From a virus (taxonomy: Duplodnaviria > Caudoviricetes), in IMG/VR virus record IMGVR_UViG_3300033067_000173, positions 1 to 39,787 of that record: a stretch of DNA of 39,787 bases; one strand, written 5' to 3'. Of the stretch, positions 14,365 to 24,541 are shown piece after piece. Under the pieces are notes generated by a model. It worked only from the letters and a program-made list of their open reading frames with translations, was not told the DNA's origin and searched no databases. How positions within the stretch are numbered: position 1 is the stretch's first letter; each line of letters starts with the position of its first letter. A program made the translations under genes and the position numbers.

Positions 14365-15647
14365 CGGAGGAGCGCCGGACGCCGTTCGCGGCCAAGCAGC
14401 GGTTCCTGTTCCTGCCAAGCCGTTACAAGGTTTTGCACGGAGGTCGTGGCTCAGGGAAATCTTGGGGGGTCGCCAGAGCGCTGTTGACGCTGGGCAGCCA
14501 GTCCCAGCTGCGCATCATCTGCTGCCGCGAGGTGCAGAAGTCGATCAAGGAGTCGGTTCACCAGCTCCTGAGCGACCAGATCATCGCGATGGGTCTGGGG
14601 GCGTTCTACGAGGTGCTGGACACAGAGATCCGTGGCATCAACGGGACGACCTTCAGCTTCAGCGGTCTGGCCCAGCACACGGTCGAGTCGATCAAGTCGT
14701 TCGAGGGCGCCGACATCTGCTGGGTCGAGGAGGCCGGCACGGTCAGCAAGAAGAGCTGGGACATCCTGACCCCCACGATCAGGCGCACGGACTCCGAGAT
14801 CTGGGTGACCTTCAACCCGGAGCTGGACACCGACGAGGCCTTTAAGCGCTTCGTGGTGAACAAGCCGGACAACTGCACCACGGTCGAGATGAACTGGCGG
14901 GACAACCCGTGGTTCAACGATGTGCTCGAGCAGGAGCGCCAGAACTGCTTGCGGTTCGCCCCTGACGACTACGACACGATCTGGGAGGGCAAGTGCCGCT
15001 CAGCGGTGGTGGGCGCGATCTACGCCAAGGAGATGGAGGCGGCGGTTCGCAGTGGTCGGATCACGATGCTGCCCTACGACCCGAAGCTCAAGGTCCATGT
15101 GGTCTACGACCTCGGCTGGAACGACTCAATGTTCATCAGCTTTGTGCAGCGCCACCTATCGAGCCTGCGCGTGATCGACTGCATCAAGGACTCGCACCGC
15201 ACGCTGGACGACTACGCGGCCGAGATCAAGGACCGCAAGTACAACTTGGGCAAGCACTGGCTGCCGCACGACGGCTACCACGCCGACTACAAGACCGGCA
15301 AGACCGCCGAACAGATCCTTCAAGGGTTCTTCGGCAAGGGTAAGGTCAGGCCTGTGCCCAAGGAGACCGTCGAGAACGGCATCAAGGTTGCCCGCATGAC
15401 GCTGGCGCAGACGGTCTTCGAGAAGACCAAAGCGAACGATCTGGTCGAGTCGATCAAGCGCTACCGCCGGGCGGTCAGCAGCACGACCAATGAGCCCGGA
15501 GCCCCGCTCCACGACGACGCCAGCCACGGCGCAGACAACTACCGCTACATCGCCCTGTGCGCTGAGCAGATGACCAACGACGAGGACGACGTCAAAGAGA
15601 CCGTCGTCAACGACTTCACCCCATTCGACGCAGAGGTCGGATACTAA
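14361..15647 (+). CDS. terL: Terminase large subunit (PBSX/Terminase_3-like)
   Basis: Walker A GGRGSGKS, Walker B WVEEA, TFNP motif, nuclease DLG...SHGAD; GTG 14361 coupled. Confidence 0.96.
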   Translation: MTEERRTPFAAKQRFLFLPSRYKVLHGGRGSGKSWGVARALLTLGSQSQLRIICCREVQKSIKESVHQLLSDQIIAMGLGAFYEVLDTEIRGINGTTFSFSGLAQHTVESIKSFEGADICWVEEAGTVSKKSWDILTPTIRRTDSEIWVTFNPELDTDEAFKRFVVNKPDNCTTVEMNWRDNPWFNDVLEQERQNCLRFAPDDYDTIWEGKCRSAVVGAIYAKEMEAAVRSGRITMLPYDPKLKVHVVYDLGWNDSMFISFVQRHLSSLRVIDCIKDSHRTLDDYAAEIKDRKYNLGKHWLPHDGYHADYKTGKTAEQILQGFFGKGKVRPVPKETVENGIKVARMTLAQTVFEKTKANDLVESIKRYRRAVSSTTNEPGAPLHDDASHGADNYRYIALCAEQMTNDEDDVKETVVNDFTPFDAEVGY

Positions 15648-15657
15648 GGAGCCCCCT

Positions 15658-16014
15658 ATGGCAACACGCAACGCAACGGTCAGCGACTTCAGCCTGACCG
15701 GCAACGCACGCCTGATCACTTGGTCTGGCATCCTCAACGGCGACGATGGCGCCCCGGCCCTGTGGATCGACTATGCCGACCGCTGCTTCCAAGTCACAGG
15801 CACCTTCGGTGCTGCTGGCTCGGTGACCATGCAGGGCTCGAACGACGGCACCAACTGGGCCTCGCTGACCGACCCGCAGGGCAACGCCCTGACCTTCACC
15901 GCCCAGAAGATCGAGCAGGCCATCGAGCTGCCGGTCTATGTGCGACCCCTTTGCACCGCAGGCGATGGCACGACCGACCTTGTGGTGACCCTTTGCATGC
16001 GAAAGGCAGGTTGA
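15658..16014 (+). CDS. Beta-rich virion-associated protein
   Basis: AAGGAG RBS; QGSNDGTNW motif. Confidence 0.8.
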   Translation: MATRNATVSDFSLTGNARLITWSGILNGDDGAPALWIDYADRCFQVTGTFGAAGSVTMQGSNDGTNWASLTDPQGNALTFTAQKIEQAIELPVYVRPLCTAGDGTTDLVVTLCMRKAG

Positions 16015-16015
16015 C

Positions 16016-16531
16016 ATGAACCAATTCCAAGAAGCCGCTGAGGCGATCCGTCGGGCCGCGAAGCTGAACGAGGGCTACGTCATCGCGGCTGCGATGCTGG
16101 ACAAGGTGGGCTCCTTCGATCAGGCGGCCAAGGAGGCCGAGAAGGCCCTGAAGTCTGCCACCGCTGCGCGCGATGCCGCTCTGGCCGAGATCGAGACCGC
16201 GAAGGGCGACCTGATCGCCTTGAAAAACACGGCAGCCGCCACCGAGGCAGAGGCCAAGCGTCGCTGCGAGAAGATGGTGGCTGATGCCAAGGCTGCGGTC
16301 GAGAAGATCTACGAGGATGGCAAGGAGCGCGCCAAGCGGTCGTCCTCCGCTGTCCTCGCTGCCGCGCAGAACAAGCTGGAGAAGGTCAACGCTGAGGCCA
16401 AGTCCGCCGAAGAGCGCGCCTCGCAGCTGGCGACCGAGATCAAGGAGATGATCGCCGAGCAGCAGGTTCTCGCGGCCGACCGCGACCGCCTGCAGACCGC
16501 CATCGACACCCTCAAGGCGAAGTTCGCGTAA
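16016..16531 (+). CDS. Ala/Lys/Glu-rich coiled-coil protein
   Basis: Composition and heptad pattern. Confidence 0.85.
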   Translation: MNQFQEAAEAIRRAAKLNEGYVIAAAMLDKVGSFDQAAKEAEKALKSATAARDAALAEIETAKGDLIALKNTAAATEAEAKRRCEKMVADAKAAVEKIYEDGKERAKRSSSAVLAAAQNKLEKVNAEAKSAEERASQLATEIKEMIAEQQVLAADRDRLQTAIDTLKAKFA

Positions 16532-16540
16532 GGTTTCAAC

Positions 16541-16969
16541 GTGGCCGCCTTCAACAAGTTCAATGACTTCGCCGAGCAGCTCGGCAAGGGCGTGCATCAA
16601 TTTGGCACGCACACCTTCAAGGTGGTGTTGACGAACTCTGCCCCGGTGGCGACGAACACCATCCTGTCGGACATTACCCAGATCTCGGGCACGAACGGCT
16701 ACGCCACGGGCGGCACGGCAACCACGGTCACCTCGGCCGAAGTTGCCGGCACGATGACCATCAGCGGCACCAAGGTCACCTTCACCGCGTCTGGTGGGGC
16801 GATGGGTCCGTTCCGCTATGCCGCACTCTACAACGATAGCGCCACCTCCCCGCTTGACGCGCTGGTGGGCTGGTGGGACTACGGTTCCTCGATCACGCTG
16901 GCCGACACCGAGAGCTTCGATGTGAAGTTCTCGGGCACTGACCCGGGCGCCATCCTCACAATTTCCTGA
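16541..16969 (+). CDS. Putative virion structural protein
   Basis: FKVVLTN...NGYATGG...FRYAALYN pattern of phage structural proteins. Confidence 0.8.
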   Translation: MAAFNKFNDFAEQLGKGVHQFGTHTFKVVLTNSAPVATNTILSDITQISGTNGYATGGTATTVTSAEVAGTMTISGTKVTFTASGGAMGPFRYAALYNDSATSPLDALVGWWDYGSSITLADTESFDVKFSGTDPGAILTIS

Positions 16970-17181
16970 TGGCGATTGTCTCGTCATCGTATGAGGTTGG
17001 CATCCCGCAAATTGACGGGCGCTGCTACGTCGTGGAGCTGCACACAGACAGCGCCGGAGAGGTCCATCGAGTCGAGTACGGGCCGATTGGCGTGGTTGAC
17101 TATGGCGCGATCATGGCGGCACGCGCCGCCCAAATGTCCGAAGACTTGGCGGCAGCAGAGGCTGAGGCGTTATGGCTCTGA
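16969..17181 (+). CDS. Hypothetical protein
   Basis: TGATG coupling. Confidence 0.75.
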   Translation: MAIVSSSYEVGIPQIDGRCYVVELHTDSAGEVHRVEYGPIGVVDYGAIMAARAAQMSEDLAAAEAEALWL

Positions 17182-17426
17182 GCCTCGTCCACCAGACCCC
17201 GGCACAGCTTGCTGCTCGGTTCCGCTCTGCGTACCGGGTCGCGACTGCTGAGCGCGCTGCAAAGATGGCGTACTGGCTGATCGAGCGCATTCAGTCCGGG
17301 GACTTCACTGATACTCAGGTGCGAACAGCTTTTAGCCTGACGACCACGCAATACGCAGCGCTGAAGGCGCGCATGACCACGCTGCATGATCAATACGCAG
17401 CCGTTCGGAACGCGAGGGGTGAGTAG
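17172..17426 (+). CDS. Hypothetical protein
   Basis: GAGG RBS; overlap with upstream gene. Confidence 0.75.
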   Translation: MALSLVHQTPAQLAARFRSAYRVATAERAAKMAYWLIERIQSGDFTDTQVRTAFSLTTTQYAALKARMTTLHDQYAAVRNARGE

Positions 17427-18739
17427 TGGCGACCCGTTACGTCAGGTCAACAGACGGCAACAACGCCGACAGCGGGGCGACATGGGCGCTGGCAAAGCTT
17501 GATCTTGTTGGGGTGGCTGCGATTGATACGGCCGGAGACACCATTTGGGTTTCGCAGAACCACAACGAAACCACGGCGGCCGCTATAACGATTGCCATCG
17601 CAAACACTGTTGCGGCGCCGGGGAAAATTCTCTGCGGCAATGATGGCGCGGCTCCGCCAACTGCGCTTGCGACAACGGCTGTGGTTTCTACGACTGGTGC
17701 AAGCGCGATCAATATCGGGAACGGTATTGCCCAGTTCACCTATGTATACGGGATCACATTTAAGTCTGGCAGCGCAGCTAATGCCGCGAACATCGCTATT
17801 GGGCACCCCGGAGAATATGAAAGTTGTGTTTTCTGGCTAAACAATACATCAACCTCGAGCCGCGTCACATTTGGTGGGACTTCAAATATTGTCTTGACAA
17901 ATTGCGGATTCAAGTTTGGAGCTGCCGGGCAGTCACTTACATCGACGGCCAACGGCGAGATAACCATAAACGGCGGCAGTATTTTGTCTGGCGGCACCTC
18001 TCCGACGGCATTTATTGGGTCGGCCAATAATCAAAACATCAGGATAAACGGGTTCGATTTTTCAAATGCGTCGTCGTCGATGAATGTGGTTGGCTCTGGT
18101 GGCGATGTGCAAAAAATAACGCTGAGAGACTGCAAAATGCCGGCAAGCTGGAGCGGCGTCCTGAACTCGTCTGCCCCGGGCGTTTCTTCTATTTGTGAAA
18201 TGTTTAATTGCGACTCTGGAGACACGAACTACAGGTACAGGAAGGCAACGCAATTTGGCACGATTCAGGATGAAACGACGCTAGTTAGGACTGGCGGGGC
18301 AAGCGATGGCTCCACGACGTACAGCCTGAAAATGGTCACGAACGCAAATGGAGAATACCCGGTTTCAACTCTTGGTTCGCCTGAAATCGTCAAATGGAAC
18401 AGCACCACAGGCAGCGCGATCACCGCCACCATTGAAATACTTTTCGACTCAGCCACGGCGCTGAAGGATGATGAAGTGTGGCTGGAGGTGATGTACTTGG
18501 GCGCCAGCGGCGTACCTCTGGCCTCGTTCATCAGTGACGCGAAAGCTAATGTACTGGCTACGGCAGCCGATCAAACATCGTCTAGTGTGACATGGACGAC
18601 GACTGGCATGGCGAACCCAAACAAGCGCTCTTTGGGTGTGACGTTCACTCCGCAGGAGGCTGGATTTATTCATGCCGTGGTGAAGCTGGCTAAGGCGTCA
18701 ACAACGGTCTATGTTGACCCACTGATCACGGTGACGTAA
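17426..18739 (+). CDS. Putative beta-helix (pectin-lyase-like) spike/receptor-binding protein
   Basis: YVRSTDGNNADSGATW N-terminus, ITF/NCGF/INGFDF/RDCKM beta-helix-like motifs; visibly more AT-rich. Confidence 0.65.
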   Translation: MATRYVRSTDGNNADSGATWALAKLDLVGVAAIDTAGDTIWVSQNHNETTAAAITIAIANTVAAPGKILCGNDGAAPPTALATTAVVSTTGASAINIGNGIAQFTYVYGITFKSGSAANAANIAIGHPGEYESCVFWLNNTSTSSRVTFGGTSNIVLTNCGFKFGAAGQSLTSTANGEITINGGSILSGGTSPTAFIGSANNQNIRINGFDFSNASSSMNVVGSGGDVQKITLRDCKMPASWSGVLNSSAPGVSSICEMFNCDSGDTNYRYRKATQFGTIQDETTLVRTGGASDGSTTYSLKMVTNANGEYPVSTLGSPEIVKWNSTTGSAITATIEILFDSATALKDDEVWLEVMYLGASGVPLASFISDAKANVLATAADQTSSSVTWTTTGMANPNKRSLGVTFTPQEAGFIHAVVKLAKASTTVYVDPLITVT

Positions 18740-19431
18740 TGGGCTACCAGCGCCTGATCCCGGGCGGTCCGCTACTCAATGAGGACGCGACAAGCCAGCG
18801 CCTGATCCCGGGCGGGCCGGTTGTCAACCAGAATGTCGCGGCAGCCGTCACGGTCCTGACCGCAAGCCCCGGCGCATTTTCCCTGACGGGCGCCAGCGCC
18901 ACTTTGGCGAGACATCTTGCGCTGACTGCCTCGTCGGCATCGTTCACTCTGACCGGTGCAAGCGCCGGCCTTGCTCGTAGGCTCTCGCTGGATGCCGGAG
19001 CTGGAAGCTTTGCGCTGACCGGGTCTGCTGCGACGCTGGTGGCGGCAAGACACCTGACTGCGGCGGCAGGATCGTTCTCGGTCACGGGGGCTGCGGCGAC
19101 GGTATCAGCGACACGGCACCTGACCGCCTTGGCGGGCTCATATGCCATTGCCGGCATGTCGGCGGGCCTTGTCCGTAGCAGGGTGATGGTTGCCGGTGCT
19201 GAGGCCTTCTTGTTGACCGGGGCTCAGACGTCTCTGGTGGCGAGCAGGCTGCTTTCAGTTGGTGCCGGCTCTTTCGATTTGGTTGGGTCGGTCGCGGTCG
19301 GGGTTGTTTTCAGGCGGATGTCCTGTGACTCTGGAGCGTTCTCACTCACGGGTATGTCGGCCGCCCTTGATCTCGCAGCGGCCAATGATGGCGACTGGCT
19401 GGTGACCGCAAGACGGCGCCAGCGCAGATAA
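18739..19431 (+). CDS. Repeat fibre-like protein (about nine 20-aa L.A..G.F.LTG..A.L units)
   Basis: Visible tandem repeat; duplicated N-terminal QRLIPGGP. Confidence 0.8.
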   Translation: MGYQRLIPGGPLLNEDATSQRLIPGGPVVNQNVAAAVTVLTASPGAFSLTGASATLARHLALTASSASFTLTGASAGLARRLSLDAGAGSFALTGSAATLVAARHLTAAAGSFSVTGAAATVSATRHLTALAGSYAIAGMSAGLVRSRVMVAGAEAFLLTGAQTSLVASRLLSVGAGSFDLVGSVAVGVVFRRMSCDSGAFSLTGMSAALDLAAANDGDWLVTARRRQRR

Positions 19432-19442
19432 AAGGATTTCGG

Positions 19443-21824
19443 ATGAACCCTCAGATTGACCTTGACGACGAAAGCCTGAGTGAGGCGGAACTCGCGCGCC
19501 GTGACGCGCTGGCCGCCCGCGTTGAGGCGTTCGGCTCGTCGCTGATCAAGAAGCGTGAGGAGGCCATTGCCGCCCGCACCAACTCCGGGATCGAGGACGA
19601 GTGGCGCGCGGCCGAGGAGGCCTATCAAGGGATCGACGACGCCAACCGTGACAGCTTGGTCCGTGGCAAGCCCAGTGGCCCGAACGGTGGATACGTCAAC
19701 GGGCCGGTGAAAAGCTCGACCCGCTCCACGGTGCTGCTGAACATCACCCGGCCATACGTCGACGCTGCCGCTGCTCGAGTTGGAGACATGTTGCTGCCGA
19801 CCGACGACACCCCATGGTCGCTGAAGACGACCCCGATTGTCTCTGTCGGGCAGATTCCGAAGCGGGAGCAGCCTCAAGAGCCGACGATGGCCCCGGGTCA
19901 GGAGCTGCTTCCTCCGCTGCAGCCGGGCCAGCCCGCGCCTCCCCCGGTCGATCCAGCTTTGCCCGGCGGTCAACCACCGGGCATGACGGGTCAACCGCAG
20001 CTCAACCCTCTGGCGCAGGCCATGAAGGACGCCGAGGACGAGGCCAAGGTCAAAGCCGAGGGGGCGACCAAGCAGATCGAGGACTGGCACATTGAGTGCC
20101 AATGGCACGCCGAGGTCCGCAAGATGATCGAGGACTGCGCCCGGCTGGGCACAGGCATCCTGAAGGGTCCGTTCCCAGTGAAGCGCACCAGCCGCAAGAC
20201 AGCGGTCGAGGGCGGCCTGATGGGGTTCGTGATGACCTCCGAGATCAAGCCCGCGAGCAAGGCTATCAGCCCGTGGAAGTTCTTTCCGGACGGCGGGTGC
20301 GGGGAAGACATTCACGATGGCTCTGGCTGTTGGGAGGCCGACACGATCAGCGCCAAGGCCCTTCGCGACCTGAAGGGGATGCCGGGCTACATCGACTCCC
20401 AGATCGACAAAGCTGTGGCTCTGGGACCGCAGGGCAAGAACCGGGTCAAGGGCTTTGACTACGGCAAGGTCACCGTCTCCGATGTCGACAACTTCGACAT
20501 CTGGTACTACTACGGGATCGCCGACCGGGAAGACCTCGAGGCCGCCGGGGTGGAGCTGCCGGAGACCGGTGATACCACGGTGCCCTGTGTGGTGACGATT
20601 GTCAACGACATCGTCATCAAGGCCAACCTGACCCCGCTGGATTCTGGAGAGTTCCCGTTCGATGTGATGCCGTGGACCCGCAAGACCGGGATGCCGTGGG
20701 GTTCCGGTGTGGCGATGCAGATCAACACCCCGCAGAGGATGCTGACCGCCGGGGTTCGCAACATGATGGACAACGCCGGTCTGTCTGCTGGCCCACAGAT
20801 CGTGATTCGAAAGGGCGCGATCACCCCTGCCTCCGGTGGGATGGAGCTGACCCCGAGGAAGATCTGGTACGCCAACGAAGGCGCCGACGTGAACACGGTC
20901 CAGCAGGCCTTTATGATCGTCAACATCCCGACCATGCAGAAGGAGCTGGAGGCGATCATCCAGTTCGCGCTCAAGATGGCCGAGGATGTCACGGGCCTTC
21001 CCATGCTGATGCAGGGTCAGGCCAGCCAGTCGACCCCGGACACCGTGGGCGGCATGCAGATGATCAACAACAACGCCTCGGTGGTGTTGAGGCGGATCGC
21101 GCGCATGTTCGACGACAAGGTGACCGAGCCCCACATCCGTCGCTACTACGACTGGCTGATGACCTACGGTGACGACGACTCGATCAAGGGCGACTTCCAG
21201 ATCGACGCCCGTGGCTCCACAGCTCTGGTCGAGCGCGACATCCAGAACCAAGCCATCCTTGCGATGGGCGCTCTGGCGACCAACCCAGCCTTCGGGGTGG
21301 ACCCCGAGAAGTGGTTTGTCGAGTCTCTGAAGGCCCAGCGTCTGGACCCGAAGCGGTTCCTGATGGACGAGGACAAGAAGGCCCAGATGGCCCAGCAACC
21401 CCCGCCCAAGGCCCCTGTCGTGGAGGCCGCCGAGATTCGCACTCAGGCCGAGTTGCAGAAGGCCGAGCTGGCGGCGCAGACCAAAGACAAGGAGATCGCG
21501 GCCCGGGTCGAGATCGCCAACACACAGGCGCTCTCCGAGTACGACCGCGACACCGCCTACGTTCAGGCTGAGAACCAGCGCACCGAGATGGACCATCAGG
21601 CCCGCAGGGAAGAACTGGCGCTCAAGCGTGAGCTGGCGATGCTCGAGTACGCCAACAACCAGAAGATCACACTCGACAAGGTCAAGGCCGATCTGGCTGG
21701 CAAGGCGATGGAGATCAACGCGACCAAGGAGTTGGTGGGCTTGAACGCCAAGGCCAGCCAGCTGCCGACGCCGCCTGTTGAGCCGCCGGGCACCGCTCCG
21801 GCTGGGCAGAGCTTCCAGCGCTGA
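19443..21824 (+). CDS. Portal protein (P22/BPP-1-like)
   Basis: 793 aa; VLLNITRPYVD, LGTGILKGP, AEDVTGLP motifs, C-terminal coiled coil; position. Confidence 0.9.
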   Translation: MNPQIDLDDESLSEAELARRDALAARVEAFGSSLIKKREEAIAARTNSGIEDEWRAAEEAYQGIDDANRDSLVRGKPSGPNGGYVNGPVKSSTRSTVLLNITRPYVDAAAARVGDMLLPTDDTPWSLKTTPIVSVGQIPKREQPQEPTMAPGQELLPPLQPGQPAPPPVDPALPGGQPPGMTGQPQLNPLAQAMKDAEDEAKVKAEGATKQIEDWHIECQWHAEVRKMIEDCARLGTGILKGPFPVKRTSRKTAVEGGLMGFVMTSEIKPASKAISPWKFFPDGGCGEDIHDGSGCWEADTISAKALRDLKGMPGYIDSQIDKAVALGPQGKNRVKGFDYGKVTVSDVDNFDIWYYYGIADREDLEAAGVELPETGDTTVPCVVTIVNDIVIKANLTPLDSGEFPFDVMPWTRKTGMPWGSGVAMQINTPQRMLTAGVRNMMDNAGLSAGPQIVIRKGAITPASGGMELTPRKIWYANEGADVNTVQQAFMIVNIPTMQKELEAIIQFALKMAEDVTGLPMLMQGQASQSTPDTVGGMQMINNNASVVLRRIARMFDDKVTEPHIRRYYDWLMTYGDDDSIKGDFQIDARGSTALVERDIQNQAILAMGALATNPAFGVDPEKWFVESLKAQRLDPKRFLMDEDKKAQMAQQPPPKAPVVEAAEIRTQAELQKAELAAQTKDKEIAARVEIANTQALSEYDRDTAYVQAENQRTEMDHQARREELALKRELAMLEYANNQKITLDKVKADLAGKAMEINATKELVGLNAKASQLPTPPVEPPGTAPAGQSFQR

Positions 21825-21833
21825 AAGGTCAAC

Positions 21834-22298
21834 ATGTTTCCACAGTACAACCAAGTGCGAGCCAACAGCCCGGCGGCGCCATCCGCAGCCGACCAGAGCG
21901 CATTCCGTGGCGGCTTCGACGGCATACGAAAGGCTATCGGAGGCGCCCTCCCCCAGCCCGCAACCCCAATGGTTGGGCGCATGGCTCCTCCTACACCGCA
22001 AGTGCAGCTGCCTCGACCGGTGGTCAGCACACCAGTGAGCCCGGCGCCTATCCGTGATAACACAACTCGCCCGCTCCAGCCGACGGTGCAAGCCCAGCCG
22101 AGTCAGATGCGCCCGGAGTTGGCGGCGCTGGCCGAGGGTCTTCGCGCGCGCGGCATGAACCCCCAGCAGATCATGTCGTCGCCGCAGTTTCGGCAGCTCG
22201 GGCAGAGCCTGCTGGCGACCCAAGATCAAGCGGCCTTTCATCAGGGCTTTGCCAACGTCAACCCCGGGCTTGTTCGCTACGGGATGCGGACATCTTGA
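21834..22298 (+). CDS. Pro/Gln-rich hypothetical protein
   Basis: AAGG RBS; fills the gap after the portal. Confidence 0.7.
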   Translation: MFPQYNQVRANSPAAPSAADQSAFRGGFDGIRKAIGGALPQPATPMVGRMAPPTPQVQLPRPVVSTPVSPAPIRDNTTRPLQPTVQAQPSQMRPELAALAEGLRARGMNPQQIMSSPQFRQLGQSLLATQDQAAFHQGFANVNPGLVRYGMRTS

Positions 22299-22492
22299 AG
22301 CTCGAGCCACTAGAGCTGCAGTCGGCCGTGTGGCTGAAGCTGCAAACACACATGGAGGAGCGCCTCGGACAACTGCGACAGCAGAACGACGGCGACCTCG
22401 ACCCCATTGCGACATCCCGCGTGCGCGGACGGATCGCAATGGTGAAAGAGATTCTTGACCTCGGGCGACCGGATCAGGAGCAGGAGGACTAG
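22295..22492 (+). CDS. Small conserved head-module protein (RQQND...RVRGRIAMVKEIL)
   Basis: TTG start coupled; typical gene between portal and scaffold. Confidence 0.75.
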   Translation: MKLEPLELQSAVWLKLQTHMEERLGQLRQQNDGDLDPIATSRVRGRIAMVKEILDLGRPDQEQED

Positions 22493-22519
22493 GACGCTCG
22501 CGCGCCTTGGTTCGTGATG

Positions 22520-22546
22520 ACCGCCCGAGTGGCGGTTTTGTTTTTT
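22520..22546 (+). terminator. Rho-independent terminator
   Basis: ACCGCC-CGAGT-GGCGGT followed by TTTGTTTTTT. Confidence 0.75.
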
Positions 22547-22557
22547 GGAGAACCCCA

Positions 22558-23412
22558 ATGCCACCGGAGGAAACAAACCAGATCCCCGAGACCACCACCA
22601 TCGATCCCTCTGCCTCGGCCCCGGCTGAGCAGGCGGAACAGGTCGAGCAGCAGGAAGCTGCGCCAGCGGATACGAAAGCATCCGACGACGCCGCATTCGA
22701 GCAGGGCTTCAACACCGCACAAGGTGCAGAAGAGCCGGCCCCTGAAGCCACGCCTGAGCCAGCCCCTGAACCGGCCTACACACCGGAACAGGTCAAGGAG
22801 CTGATCGACAAGGTGTCCGCGCTGCAAAGTCGCGAGGCCAAGGTCTTCGGAACGATGGGCGCTCTCAAGCAGCAGATTGACGCTTTGAAGTCGCAGCCGG
22901 CCCCGCCACAGCGGGAGATCAAGCTGATGGCCGACAAGTTCAAGCGGCTGGGTGCTGAGTTCCCGGAGCTGGCGAAGCTGATCTCGGAAGACCTGACCGA
23001 AGCGCTGCAAGGCGAGACGGTCGCGGACAACGGGCAAGCAACGCAACTGTTCGAGCAGCTCAGGAGCAAAGGCGAAGAGCTTGAACTCAAGAGCAAGAAG
23101 ATCGAAGCGCAACTCCTGACCGTCGCCCATCCTGATTGGCGAAAGGTCGTGGCAACGCCGGAGTTCACGGCGTGGAAGGCAACCCTGACCGAGCAGGACC
23201 GCAAGGATTTCGACGAGAGTTGGGACTCCGAGTACCTGTCCGCAAAGATTGCCGAACACAAGGACTGGAAAAGCAAGGCCGTCCAGCAGAAGCAAAGCAA
23301 CCAGCGCCGCCTCGAGACAGCGATTGCCCCCCGGGGCTCGCAGTCCGCGCCGGCACCCTCGGCCGATGACGCCTTTGTTCAAGGCTTCAGGCAGGCCCGA
23401 GGAAATCGTTAG
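22558..23412 (+). CDS. Capsid scaffolding protein
   Basis: Acidic disordered N-terminus, helical body, AHPDW motif; directly upstream of MCP; ATG 22558 with GGAG RBS. Confidence 0.8.
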   Translation: MPPEETNQIPETTTIDPSASAPAEQAEQVEQQEAAPADTKASDDAAFEQGFNTAQGAEEPAPEATPEPAPEPAYTPEQVKELIDKVSALQSREAKVFGTMGALKQQIDALKSQPAPPQREIKLMADKFKRLGAEFPELAKLISEDLTEALQGETVADNGQATQLFEQLRSKGEELELKSKKIEAQLLTVAHPDWRKVVATPEFTAWKATLTEQDRKDFDESWDSEYLSAKIAEHKDWKSKAVQQKQSNQRRLETAIAPRGSQSAPAPSADDAFVQGFRQARGNR

Positions 23413-23437
23413 CAACTCAACTTGAAAGGAGACAGAG

Positions 23438-24478
23438 ATGTCTACCCAAAACTTCAACACCCAAACCGCACGGGTGAACAAACTGAAGGGCGAGATCCTC
23501 GCCCACGCCATCCCCAAGGAGGTCTTGGGGATCACCGGCTCGCAGAAGCAGATGCCGAAAAACCAAGGTGACAACGTCATCTTCCGCCGCTGGCTGCCGC
23601 TGGGTGGCGTCGACAACAAGTGGATCACGTCTTCGAACGTGGCGACCTTCGCTGCCGACCACCTGACCGCAGAAGGCGTGACGCCGACCGCCGACACGCT
23701 GACCGCTGTCGACGTGACTGCGACGCTCGACCAGTACAGTTGCCTCTATGCGGTGACCGACAAAACGGTTGACCTCTACGAGGACGATGTGCCGGCGGAG
23801 ATGAAGAAGCAGTGCGGCGAGCGCATGGGTCTGGTCCGCGAGATGGTGCGCTACGGCGCCCTGAAGGCGATGACCAACGTGTTCTATGGCGGCACCGGCA
23901 ACTCGCCGAGCACCGTCAACGGCACGCTGTCCCTGAACCTACTGCGCAAGGTGACCCGCTCCCTGCGGATCAACCACAGCGAGCTGGTGACGCAGATTCT
24001 GGCCGCAAGCCCGAACTTCGCCACCGCCCCTGTGGAAGCGGCCTACCTCGTCTTCGGCTCGACCGACATGGAGCCCGCGATCCGCGATCTGCCGGGCTTC
24101 AAGCACGTCGCCGAGTACGGGAACCGCAAGCCCATCCACGAACTCGAGCTGGGCTCGGTGGAGAACTACCGCTTCATCCTGTCGCCTGAGCTGGCTCAGA
24201 CGGCGGGTGGCGGCGCTGCCGTGGGCTCCACCGGTCTGCAGGCGACCGCGTCCGTGATCGACATCTACCCGATGATCGTGGTCGGCGAGAACGTCTGGGG
24301 CCAGCTGGCTCTGCGCGGTGCGGACTCCATGGATGTGACGTGGATTCCCCCGGGCCAGAAGGACAAGAACGACCCGCTGGGTCAGCGCGGCTACATCGGC
24401 TCGAAGTTCTACCAGACCGCCAAGGTCTTGAACGACGGCTGGGGCGCGCTGGTCTGGGTCGGCACTCCGTCCCTGTGA
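23438..24478 (+). CDS. Major capsid protein, N4-gp56 family
   Basis: MPKNQGDNVIFRRW, EGVTP, ELGSVENYRFI, DPLGQRGYIG motifs; AAGGAG RBS. Confidence 0.93.
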   Translation: MSTQNFNTQTARVNKLKGEILAHAIPKEVLGITGSQKQMPKNQGDNVIFRRWLPLGGVDNKWITSSNVATFAADHLTAEGVTPTADTLTAVDVTATLDQYSCLYAVTDKTVDLYEDDVPAEMKKQCGERMGLVREMVRYGALKAMTNVFYGGTGNSPSTVNGTLSLNLLRKVTRSLRINHSELVTQILAASPNFATAPVEAAYLVFGSTDMEPAIRDLPGFKHVAEYGNRKPIHELELGSVENYRFILSPELAQTAGGGAAVGSTGLQATASVIDIYPMIVVGENVWGQLALRGADSMDVTWIPPGQKDKNDPLGQRGYIGSKFYQTAKVLNDGWGALVWVGTPSL

Positions 24479-24483
24479 TGAAT

Positions 24484-24505
24484 GACGGGGGCTTCGGCCC
24501 CCGTC
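24484..24505 (+). other. 9-bp GC stem with UUCG loop after MCP (no U tract)
   Basis: GACGGGGGC-TTCG-GCCCCCGTC. Confidence 0.75.
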
Positions 24506-24541
24506 TCATCGAACATTTCCAACCGAACCGAGGACTTCAAA

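Noticed and set aside
19224-22751. 1175-aa minus-strand ORF
   Set aside because: Antisense shadow of the portal and neighbouring genes; expected with high-GC codon bias, no RBS or protein-like motifs.
24476-24541. Capsid read-through or frameshift extension into the next gene
   Set aside because: Double TGA stop, no slippery heptamer, and the next gene has its own RBS.
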